Positions 15,250 through 24,000 of a stretch of DNA of 24,000 bases are shown one piece after another. The number at the start of each line of letters is the position of its first letter. The stretch's first letter is position 1. The notes beneath the pieces were generated by a model. The model made no database searches. It had not been told where the DNA came from and worked only from the letters and a program-made list of their open reading frames with translations. Source of the stretch: Gammaproteobacteria bacterium (lineage in GTDB: Bacteria; Pseudomonadota; Gammaproteobacteria; DSM-19610); assembly GCA_036480335.1 (NCBI GenBank), contig JAZGGH010000106.1:12309-36308 (forward strand), in the 5' to 3' direction. A program made the position numbers and the translations under genes.

Positions 15250-17598
15250 ATGTCAATAAAGCTCGAAGACTACGAAGATTTTCTTAAAGATGCGGCTCCT
15301 GAAATCAGAGACGTATTAAACAGCACCTTTCAAGAAGCCTCACGGGTTATGTCACCAGCTGGCTTGCAAATCTATATGGATGGTGCAAAAAGTCTGTGCG
15401 ATTTAGGTCGTGGCTCAGATGTGGTTATTTCCTACATTCAAGAAATGCCACTGGTCGCAAAAGAATGTGGTGAAGATGTTATCGGTGATTGTTTAAGTGC
15501 AGCACTGAAACTTTCATCGATGACCTCTGCCGAAGTTGTCTCCCTGTTGTTTTCAAGTATGCCGTCTGCCGCTCGTAACCTGGGTGATGCTGAATTATTT
15601 CGTGGCTATTTAACCCTGATCCATCAGTTAGCCTCCACCGCTTCGCGTGGTGTGCGCCCAATGTTGAATCAAATTGACGAGTTGCTATCAAAATTAACCT
15701 TAAGTGGATTGCGGCGCTGGGCTAATTTTGGTTCTCAGGCTTATCGTCGTGATTTTGATAATCTTACGGCTTATTTCAATCTTGAGTCGGCTGATAGTCG
15801 CGCTATGTTGTCCAGGGAACGTCGCGGTATTCTATTTGTAAAAACTCAGCGCAGGTTAAATTTTTACCTCCGAGCTTTATGGGGACGTGATTTTTTCTTA
15901 CGCCCTACAGGTGCTGATTTTGCCGACTTTCGTCCTTATATCGAACACCGTATATTTCACCTGCCTGATGCGCTTGACGACTATGGCGATATCCCTGGAC
16001 TAGAAGTCTATCGTGCGACTGCAGCGCATATGGCATCACATATGGTTTATTCTTCGGAACCTATTTCAGCAGAGGGCCTCAGCCCTGCTCAAATGTTTTT
16101 TATCGGCCTGGTTGAAGATGCTCGTATTGAATATAAAGCCGTGGCTGAATTCCCTGGGCTTAAAAAGCTTTGGCGTCGGATGATGCAAGAAGCTGATCAT
16201 GAGAACAATAAACCAGAACATCGATCTATGCCGATTCTAGTGCATTTCTCACTTATGTTGCTAGATGATAGCATCACCTCAGATGACAAAGATTTAAATA
16301 ATCTCGCAAAGAATTTCCACGAAGGTATCGAAAAAAATCAGGATAACAACAAGTTTTGCTGGAATCTGGGTTTGGATATTTTCAACTTGTTCTCAAAGCG
16401 TAAAGAAGTCCCTAGCCTGCGTGTTTTGGAACGTATTGATATACCCTACCGTGATGACAATCGTTATGTTTGGGAGTTTGAAGAATTCACGGGAGACGTA
16501 GAGTTTGACTATGTGCCCGCCAGCCAACAACAGGTAAGACGTGAAGTTAGTGCGCTGATGATGGCGCACGAAGTGGATTGCGAACTGGCTGGTGATGATG
16601 CCCAGGAAATCTGGACCAATAAAGACGTCATGCGTTTTTACGAAGATGATTTAACTGATGGCGCTGCAAGTTTCAATGATGCCTGGGGTAAAGAGCCGGT
16701 TTCAGATCCTTATCATTATCAAGAATGGGATTACCAAATTCAGTTGCACCGACCTGATTGGGCAACGGTTTATGAGCGTCGTCAACCACGCGGTCATCTC
16801 GAAGATATTCAAATGATTCTTGACGAATATAAGCCAATTGCACATCGCATAAAACAAATCATCGACCTGCTCACACCTGAAGGTGTACAACGTGTGCGTA
16901 ATATGGAAGATGGTGATGAAGTCGATATCAACGCCGCCATTGATGCGATGATAGCGATCCGTATGGGTGAACAACCAAACCCCCGTATTACCATGCGCAA
17001 CGTATTAAAAACGCGTGATTTATCCGTGGTGTTATTGCTCGATTTGTCGGAATCTACCAACGAACCCATGAATGGTTCTGACAAAACAGTATTACAATTA
17101 ACGCGAGAAGCGTCTACCCTGGTGGCAACCGCTATCGAAGGTATTGGTGATCCGTTCGCCATTCACGGCTTCGCATCTGATGGCCGCCATGATGTACAGT
17201 ATTATCGCTTTAAAGACTTTAATCAGCATTTTGATGATGAAGCCAAATCACGTCTGGCGGGCATGAAAGGTGGACTATCAACCCGTATGGGAGCGGCATT
17301 GCGACATGCGGGTAATCACTTGTTAAAACAACAGGAACGACGTAAATTGATATTGATGATTACTGATGGAGAACCCGCAGATATTGATGAACGCGATCCA
17401 CAGCATTTGCGCCACGATACTAAAAAGGCAGTTGAAGAGTTGTATAGCACAGGCGTATTGACTTATTGTTTAACGCTTGATCCGAATGCGGATGACTATG
17501 TGAAAAGAATCTTTGGCGCGAATAACTATACCATTATCGATAATGTAGAAAAATTACCCGAACAATTGCCAACTTTGTTTGCCAGTCTGACGGCTTAG
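15250..17598 (+). CDS. cbbO: CbbO, von Willebrand factor A-domain adaptor of the CbbQO RuBisCO activase
   Basis: 782 aa. The C-terminal VWA domain carries the MIDAS motif VVLLLDLSEST (DLSES at nt 17041-17055) and a downstream ITDGEPAD. The size and the position after cbbQ are typical. Confidence 0.9.
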   Translation: MSIKLEDYEDFLKDAAPEIRDVLNSTFQEASRVMSPAGLQIYMDGAKSLCDLGRGSDVVISYIQEMPLVAKECGEDVIGDCLSAALKLSSMTSAEVVSLLFSSMPSAARNLGDAELFRGYLTLIHQLASTASRGVRPMLNQIDELLSKLTLSGLRRWANFGSQAYRRDFDNLTAYFNLESADSRAMLSRERRGILFVKTQRRLNFYLRALWGRDFFLRPTGADFADFRPYIEHRIFHLPDALDDYGDIPGLEVYRATAAHMASHMVYSSEPISAEGLSPAQMFFIGLVEDARIEYKAVAEFPGLKKLWRRMMQEADHENNKPEHRSMPILVHFSLMLLDDSITSDDKDLNNLAKNFHEGIEKNQDNNKFCWNLGLDIFNLFSKRKEVPSLRVLERIDIPYRDDNRYVWEFEEFTGDVEFDYVPASQQQVRREVSALMMAHEVDCELAGDDAQEIWTNKDVMRFYEDDLTDGAASFNDAWGKEPVSDPYHYQEWDYQIQLHRPDWATVYERRQPRGHLEDIQMILDEYKPIAHRIKQIIDLLTPEGVQRVRNMEDGDEVDINAAIDAMIAIRMGEQPNPRITMRNVLKTRDLSVVLLLDLSESTNEPMNGSDKTVLQLTREASTLVATAIEGIGDPFAIHGFASDGRHDVQYYRFKDFNQHFDDEAKSRLAGMKGGLSTRMGAALRHAGNHLLKQQERRKLILMITDGEPADIDERDPQHLRHDTKKAVEELYSTGVLTYCLTLDPNADDYVKRIFGANNYTIIDNVEKLPEQLPTLFASLTA

Positions 17599-17599
17599 C

Positions 17600-18043
17600 T
17601 CACGGCAGTGCCAATATTTTAGCTCCCTCGATGGGTAGCTGTTTGTCACGGTAGCGTTGATCAAGTAATTCCATTGCCTGGCGAAACTCTGCAATCAGAC
17701 GAAGTTGCAAATCACTGTTATTCTGTTCATAGAAGACCACTTCACATGGCATAGGATCAGTGAGCGCATCGCGGTCATGCGAAGAAGGGAATTTCCATGA
17801 AACCAGAATCATTCTGCCGCCTTCTTTTTCCCCAACAGCGTACGATTGGCTATCAACAAATACAATTTCATTGCTATCCAGTACTGCCATGAATTGCAGC
17901 GTGCGTATCGGTACGAATACATGGCCGGTCTTGCTGCGAACCTGTAAAGAATGGTAGAGGTTATATATATTGGCAGGCACCTGCCAGTTTCTACGGCTCA
18001 TTTCTCTGGGGAGAAAAAAAGTTTCAGTCACGATGGAGGTCAT
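17600..18043 (-). CDS. Hypothetical protein (147 aa) downstream of cbbR, convergent with cbbO
   Basis: An AGGAGAG Shine-Dalgarno lies about 7 nt before ATG 18043. Its stop (17600-17602) is separated by a single nt from the cbbO stop (17596-17598). I recognise no motif and see no hydrophobic helices. Confidence 0.6.
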   Translation of the reverse strand: MTSIVTETFFLPREMSRRNWQVPANIYNLYHSLQVRSKTGHVFVPIRTLQFMAVLDSNEIVFVDSQSYAVGEKEGGRMILVSWKFPSSHDRDALTDPMPCEVVFYEQNNSDLQLRLIAEFRQAMELLDQRYRDKQLPIEGAKILALP

Positions 18044-18122
18044 GTTTTTGCTCTCCTGAGTTCTATCCAGAACTGTATCTTACCGCATATTGATACGTTG
18101 GTTAAATTGAAGATGGGCTGGT

Positions 18123-19064
18123 TTAGAGTTTCCAGGGCGTAGCCACTAGTCTGGCACCTTCCTGCATGCAGAAATCGTGGAAAGCCTGCGCTACTAACGA
18201 TAGCTTCTTGCCTTCCGGATATACCAGATACCATTGTCGCTGAATAGGAAAATTTTCTACATCCAGTATCGTTAATGGGCCGTTAGGGTTTTCCAGTGTC
18301 AGCGCGGTGTGTGATAAAACTGAAATACCAAGACCGGCAACAATCGCGTGTTTAATTGCCTCGTTGCTGCCAAGTTCAAAACCGGTATTAGGCGTGAGTT
18401 TGTATTGGTTAAACAACCGGAAAACAGCATCCCTGATTCCTGAACCTGGTTCCCGCATAATAAAGGATTCGCTGGTTATTTCTTTCAGCGGTATATTCTT
18501 TCTACCCGCAAGCGGATGTTCGCTGCTGGCAATAACAACCAGTTTGTTCTCTGCAAAAGGCGATGCTTTTATTTTTATGCCCGGCGGGAAACTTTGGCCC
18601 AGAATATAAATATCATCTTCATTTCTGGACAGGCGCTCAATCAGATGTTCGCGGTTAATGACATTTAATGATACTTCAATGCCGGGAAAGCGTTTACTGA
18701 ATTCACCCAGTATTCGAGGTGCAAAATACTGGGCCGTTGTCAGTGCGGTCAGGCGCAGGCGACCATATTTCAGACCTTTCAGATCGGCAATTTCCATTTC
18801 GAGGCGAGAGAAGGTGCCGAAAATGTCCCGAGTGGCTTTGTATAATACCTCTCCAGCAGCGGTCATTTGTACTTTGCGATTCGCTTGCTCAAGTAATGGC
18901 ATGCCGATAGTTTGACTCAGCTTACTCATCTGCATGGAGACAGTGGGCTGTGTCAGGTGTAATATTTCAGCCGCTTTGGTAAAGCTGCCCTGGTGGACGA
19001 TAGCGGCAAACACCTGGAGCTGGCGCAGGCTGGCATGACGGGCGATGTTTTCAAGTTCTATCAT
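18123..19064 (-). CDS. cbbR: LysR-type transcriptional regulator, CbbR-like
   Basis: 313 aa. The N-terminal wHTH is LRQLQVFAAIVHQGSFTKAAEILHLTQPTVSMQMSKL. FIMREPGSGIRD matches the CbbR/CmpR-type co-inducer domain motif FIxREPGSGxR. The gene sits next to the cbb cluster. Confidence 0.8.
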   Translation of the reverse strand: MIELENIARHASLRQLQVFAAIVHQGSFTKAAEILHLTQPTVSMQMSKLSQTIGMPLLEQANRKVQMTAAGEVLYKATRDIFGTFSRLEMEIADLKGLKYGRLRLTALTTAQYFAPRILGEFSKRFPGIEVSLNVINREHLIERLSRNEDDIYILGQSFPPGIKIKASPFAENKLVVIASSEHPLAGRKNIPLKEITSESFIMREPGSGIRDAVFRLFNQYKLTPNTGFELGSNEAIKHAIVAGLGISVLSHTALTLENPNGPLTILDVENFPIQRQWYLVYPEGKKLSLVAQAFHDFCMQEGARLVATPWKL

Positions 19065-19069
19065 CAGCT

Positions 19070-19112
19070 ATTATCTATATTTATAGTGAGTTTGTTTTAT
19101 AACTATTTATAG
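19070..19112. promoter_or_regulatory. cbbR / phosphatase divergent control region carrying copies of the cbbL-operator motifs
   Basis: ATTATCTATAT (19070-19080) is identical to 11720-11730. CTATTTATA (19103-19111) is identical to 11705-11713. Both lie in the 80-nt spacer between the cbbR ATG (19064) and the phosphatase start (19145), which fits LysR autoregulation. Confidence 0.35.
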
Positions 19113-19144
19113 GTGTGTTGTCTAGCGGTTTTGGGAGGTGGACG

Positions 19145-19759
19145 GTGAGTGTTGAAAAAAAACAACAGGATACATTGATCGATGTAATCCGACACGGTGA
19201 ACCGGTAGGAGGCAGGCGTTTCCGGGGTTCGGGCATTGATGACCCGTTGAGTGAGTCTGGCTGGTCGCAAATGAATGCAACCATTGGCGACGCCAGTCCC
19301 TGGCATCGTGTGATTACCTCTCCTTTGCAGCGATGCAGGCATTTTGCAGAAGCACTGGGCAACAAGCTGAATATTCCAGTTACAACTGAAAACAACTTAC
19401 GCGAAGTTGGATTTGGGGGCTGGGAAGGTAAATCCCCAGAATTTCTCAAAGCAACAGACCCAGCGGGTTATACCGCATTTTATCAGGATCCTGTTAATTG
19501 TCGGCCAGAGGGGGCAGAGCCGCTTGCGGATTTTGCTGGCCGGGTAATTGTCACGCTCGATAATATGCTCGACCATTATTCCGGTGAGCATTTGCTGGTG
19601 GTTGCTCATGCCGGCGTTGTGCGTGCAGTATTGGGGCATGCATTAGGTCTGGAGCCAGTTGTCTGGTACAGAACACAAGTGAGTAATGCGGGTATTACAC
19701 GGTTAAGGTTTACGCCGGATCAGGTCAGGCTGGAGTTCCATAATCGCCTTTCACTTTAA
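19145..19759 (+). CDS. Histidine phosphatase superfamily protein (CobC / alpha-ribazole-phosphatase-like)
   Basis: The RHG catalytic motif is in TLIDVIRHGEPVGGRRFRGSGIDDPLSESGW, and a later VVAHAGVVRA supplies the second His. I place the start at GTG 19145, 6 nt after GGGAGG (19133-19138), rather than the track's GTG at 19115. About 204 aa. Confidence 0.75.
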   Translation: MSVEKKQQDTLIDVIRHGEPVGGRRFRGSGIDDPLSESGWSQMNATIGDASPWHRVITSPLQRCRHFAEALGNKLNIPVTTENNLREVGFGGWEGKSPEFLKATDPAGYTAFYQDPVNCRPEGAEPLADFAGRVIVTLDNMLDHYSGEHLLVVAHAGVVRAVLGHALGLEPVVWYRTQVSNAGITRLRFTPDQVRLEFHNRLSL

Positions 19760-20073
19760 CAGACTATTAATGGCCCAACCTGAATTCTTCCAGCATTTAA
19801 GGTTCTGCATGATTCAGATCAAGGCGCATATTGATTGCAATGCCATACTTGCGTGAATGCTTGAAGCCGCTTTCTATAAACAATTGTCTAGAGCAAGCGA
19901 AGTTTCCAGGTAAAAATCTATTTTTCCAGCCAGAATTTAAGACCTTAAGCCTATTGTTTTGCTGGGTTTTCCTGACATACTAAGTTAATCATGAAACAAT
20001 GGTTTGATATGTATTCTAATAATTGATATAAGCATTTTTATTGAGTGGTACAATTTTATTAATAATATGATGA

Positions 20074-21369
<1,296 letters not shown>

Positions 21370-21379
21370 CTTCTGTCTA

Positions 21380-21889
21380 TTAATTCGCACCCTTATTATG
21401 TTTGTCAGATTTCGGGTAATCAAATAAAAAACATTGCCCGGAATTCTGACAAATAGCTTTCCATGTGGAAAGATTGAATCTGAAACCGGCTACAGCTGCG
21501 GTGGGCAGTGCCATAGCGTTTCCTGCCAGGTAAGTGCTTAATTCGCTAAATCCCGGGTTATGTCCAACCAGTAATATACGTTTATCTTTCATTCTGAAAG
21601 TATCTATTATTTCCTGTAAGTTTTTTAATGAAGCTTCATAAATTTCCGCCTGTGTTTCGATAGCATCTTCAGGATATTGAAGCGCTGTTGCGATGATATC
21701 GGCTGTTGCCAGAGCGCGTTTTGCTGGACTGCTGATAATTCGGTCAGGCGTGTCAATTTTTGTCGCTAAATATGAACAGACCTTGTTTGTGTCCTGAATA
21801 CCACTGTCTACCAGATCTCGATCAAAGTCAGTTATAGAGGTAGAAAAAGTTTCCGAGCGAGCATGTCGAAAAAGAATCAATTCAAGCAT
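21380..21889 (-). CDS. sixA: SixA-like phosphohistidine phosphatase (histidine phosphatase superfamily)
   Basis: MLELILFRHARSE... with a later LLVGHNPG motif, about 169 aa, typical of SixA. The start is ATG 21889, 5 nt after AGGTGA. The track's GTG at 21898 adds 3 residues. Confidence 0.65.
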   Translation of the reverse strand: MLELILFRHARSETFSTSITDFDRDLVDSGIQDTNKVCSYLATKIDTPDRIISSPAKRALATADIIATALQYPEDAIETQAEIYEASLKNLQEIIDTFRMKDKRILLVGHNPGFSELSTYLAGNAMALPTAAVAGFRFNLSTWKAICQNSGQCFLFDYPKSDKHNKGAN

Positions 21890-22075
21890 TTCAATCACCT
21901 TGGCGCTTATACTTGATTTTATTGTAAAGCAAATCCTGCTTCATTTCGCTATTTCAGCCAATTTACTCATTGCATGGCACATGAATGTAGTTAAGCAATA
22001 TTCCATTGAGTAAGTAACTGATGCATTGTGTTTTTCTCTGATTTATTCATTGTTACCCGTATTTTGATAATTGAT

Positions 22076-22102
22076 TAAATAGATGAGCCGCTTTGCCGAT
22101 AA
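22076..22102 (+). promoter_or_regulatory. Sigma-28 (FliA)-type promoter upstream of the STAS-cheY-cheA genes
   Basis: TAAA (22076-22079), then N15, then GCCGATAA (22095-22102). This matches the consensus TAAA-N15-GCCGATAA exactly in the conserved positions. It sits 57 nt upstream of the STAS gene ATG. Confidence 0.6.
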
Positions 22103-22159
22103 CCGGTTTGTATTCAGATATTTTCAATACCTATTTATGACTTGCTCGATGGAGTACTC

Positions 22160-22456
22160 ATGCAACTGAGTCTGGAAAAAGAGTTGACGATTGCCTGTGC
22201 GGACAGTCTTCGTCAGCAATTACAGAAACTGGCAGATAATGATGATAAAGAGATATCAATTGATGGCTCTGCGGTGGAAAGGATAGATACCGCAGTCCTG
22301 CAGTTGTTTGTTTCCTTCTCGAAATTATTGTCCGGGCAGGAGCGACAATTAGCATGGCAAGACCCAAGTGAGTCATTGGTAGAGTCTGCTGAGCAAATTG
22401 GCCTGCGAAACATGCTGAATATTTCAACTGATGGCAAATGCAACAACCAGGAGTAA
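22160..22456 (+). CDS. STAS-domain protein (anti-sigma-antagonist-like) of a chemotaxis cluster
   Basis: 98 aa from ATG 22160, with GGAG 5 nt upstream. The pattern ...ISIDGSAVERIDTAVLQLFVSF... is typical of the STAS proteins found directly before cheY-cheA. Confidence 0.7.
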   Translation: MQLSLEKELTIACADSLRQQLQKLADNDDKEISIDGSAVERIDTAVLQLFVSFSKLLSGQERQLAWQDPSESLVESAEQIGLRNMLNISTDGKCNNQE

Positions 22457-22462
22457 CAGGGC

Positions 22463-22825
22463 ATGGCAACAATTTTAGCTGTTGATGATTCAAATTCAAT
22501 GCGACAGATGGTGAGTTTTACTCTCAAGCAGGCTGGACATGAAGTGATTGAAGCCGCGGATGGTGTTGAAGCACTGTCAGCTGTAAAGGGTAAGTCAATC
22601 AATCTCGTCCTGTCAGATGTGAATATGCCAAATATGGATGGCCTCACTCTCGTTAAGGAACTGAGACAGCTTCCCGATTTTAAATATACGCCAATTTTAA
22701 TGCTGACAACGGAAGCTGGGGCAAATAAAAAACAGGAAGGTAAGGCAGCGGGTGCTACAGGATGGCTGGTAAAACCATTTAATCCTGAGCAGTTACTTTC
22801 TACAATAAATCGTGTTTTAGGGTAA
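22463..22825 (+). CDS. cheY: CheY response regulator
   Basis: 120 aa single receiver domain. It has the ILAVDDS acidic pair, LVLSDVNMPNMDG (phospho-acceptor Asp), a conserved Thr in LMLTTE, and GWLVKPF (conserved Lys). Confidence 0.9.
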   Translation: MATILAVDDSNSMRQMVSFTLKQAGHEVIEAADGVEALSAVKGKSINLVLSDVNMPNMDGLTLVKELRQLPDFKYTPILMLTTEAGANKKQEGKAAGATGWLVKPFNPEQLLSTINRVLG

Positions 22826-22831
22826 GTCACG

Positions 22832-24000
22832 ATGTCAATCGACATCAGCCAGTTTCATGCTGTCTTCTTCGAAGAGAGTTTTGAGGGGCTGGAGATCATG
22901 GAAACAGAGTTGCTTAATCTGTCAGAAGCGGATGATGCGCCAGATGTAATTAATACTATTTTTCGGGCTGCGCATTCAATAAAAGGTGGTAGTGCAACTT
23001 TTGGTTTTTTGAATATTGCGGATTTTACCCATGTAATGGAAACATTGCTGGACCAGATGCGAAATAATGAACGTCCTGTTACACCTGATGGTGTTGAATT
23101 ATTGCTGGAAGCGACAGATGTACTGAATACGATGCTGACTCAGGTTCAGAATGATGAGCCAGTGGATGAAGCACGGGTTACAGAGGTTAAAAATCAGCTT
23201 GAAGTTATGCTGGGCGCTAAGCCTTCACAGGAAGAAACTGTGGAGAAACAATCAGAAGCTGATGTTAGCAACAAAATTTGGTCTATAAAATTCGTCCCAC
23301 ATCCCCATTTGTTGACCACAGGAAATGATCCAGTCAGGATGTTTCGTGAGTTGGCTTCTCTGGGTAACCTGAGCGTCAGTGTTTCTATTGATAAAGTTCC
23401 TGATCTTGAGTCGATTGAGCCAGATGATTGCTATTTATCCTGGGAGTTGGAGATATCAGGGGATATAAGCAAGGAACAAATTGATGAAGTATTCGATTGG
23501 GTAGATGGTGATTGTGATCTGAGTATTGAAGCTGTCATTGCTGAGAGTGATCCGGTCGCGACTGACGATAATAATAAACAGGCAGAAGCGCCGCCATTAA
23601 AAGATGTAGCGAAGCCTGATAGACGCGAAGGAAATGAACGTAGAAAGAAAGCAAAGCCAGCTGAGAGTAGCTCAATTCGTGTCGGTATCGATAAGATAGA
23701 TACTCTGATCAATATGGTTGGCGAGTTGGTAATAACTCAGTCGATGCTTGGTCAGATAGGTGCGGACATTGAAGAAGAAACAATTAATACAGATCGTATC
23801 GAACGCTTAGTAGAAGGCCTTCAGCAACTGGAAAGAAATACGCGCGAATTGCAGGAAGCGGTTATGCAGATTCGCATGCTGCCTATCAGTTTTGCATTTA
23901 ACCGGTTTCCACGCGTAGTACATGATTATTGCCGCAAATCAGGTAAAAAAATAGATCTGAAAATTTCAGGTGAGACTACCGAGCTAGATAAGACGGTGAT
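22832..24000 (+). CDS. cheA: CheA histidine kinase, N-terminal part (runs off the window)
   Basis: Absent from the ORF track because there is no stop in the window. Translation from ATG 22832 gives MSIDISQFHAVFFEESFEGLEIMETELLNL...FRAAHSIKGGSATFGF. The Hpt phospho-His falls at codon 48 (nt 22973-22975), as in E. coli CheA. The later dimerisation/HATPase lead-in is SSIRVGIDKIDTLINMVGELVITQSML. Confidence 0.9.
   Translation, partial: MSIDISQFHAVFFEESFEGLEIMETELLNLSEADDAPDVINTIFRAAHSIKGGSATFGFLNIADFTHVMETLLDQMRNNERPVTPDGVELLLEATDVLNTMLTQVQNDEPVDEARVTEVKNQLEVMLGAKPSQEETVEKQSEADVSNKIWSIKFVPHPHLLTTGNDPVRMFRELASLGNLSVSVSIDKVPDLESIEPDDCYLSWELEISGDISKEQIDEVFDWVDGDCDLSIEAVIAESDPVATDDNNKQAEAPPLKDVAKPDRREGNERRKKAKPAESSSIRVGIDKIDTLINMVGELVITQSMLGQIGADIEEETINTDRIERLVEGLQQLERNTRELQEAVMQIRMLPISFAFNRFPRVVHDYCRKSGKKIDLKISGETTELDKTV

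Noticed and set aside
11870-17598. An alpha-carboxysome locus
   Set aside because: No csoS2, csoSCA, shell (BMC or pentamer) genes follow cbbS. cbbQ/cbbO follow instead, which is typical of non-carboxysomal form IAq.
22158-22845. 113-aa and 210-aa - strand ORFs opposite the STAS and cheY genes
   Set aside because: They are antisense to two well-supported chemotaxis genes with good RBSs. Their translations are Ser/Cys-rich with no recognisable motif.

Overview
This window looks like part of a proteobacterial chemolithoautotroph genome, and most of it is an inorganic-carbon acquisition and fixation island. The + strand carries a form IA RuBisCO cluster, cbbL-cbbS-(103-aa ORF)-cbbQ-cbbO (11870-17598), with no carboxysome genes in the window. 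It is followed by a convergent 147-aa hypothetical gene and a CbbR-type LysR regulator. On the - strand, divergent from cbbL, sits a 382-aa soluble protein that I tentatively read as LCIB/theta-carbonic-anhydrase-like (10392-11540). Next comes a tightly coupled five-gene operon (731-10109). In it, a DabA (DUF2309) / DabB (NuoL-like) CO2-uptake pair is embedded among three extra NuoM/MrpD-like antiporter-subunit paralogs, one of them visibly degenerate at canonical charged residues. This expanded DAB module, together with the LCIB-like gene and a RuBisCO locus lacking carboxysome genes, is my best candidate for an undescribed system. A 26-bp perfect palindrome lies in the cbbL/LCIB-like divergent region, and its half-site recurs immediately upstream of cbbR. 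The right flank holds a CobC-like histidine phosphatase, a type I sulfide:quinone reductase, a SixA-like phosphatase and a STAS-cheY-cheA cluster (cheA partial) behind a near-consensus sigma-28 promoter. The left edge is a partial MutT(Nudix)/ThiE-like fusion gene. By eye I saw no rRNA, tRNA, CRISPR array or transposase. All family assignments rest on motif recognition by eye, because no searches could be run.
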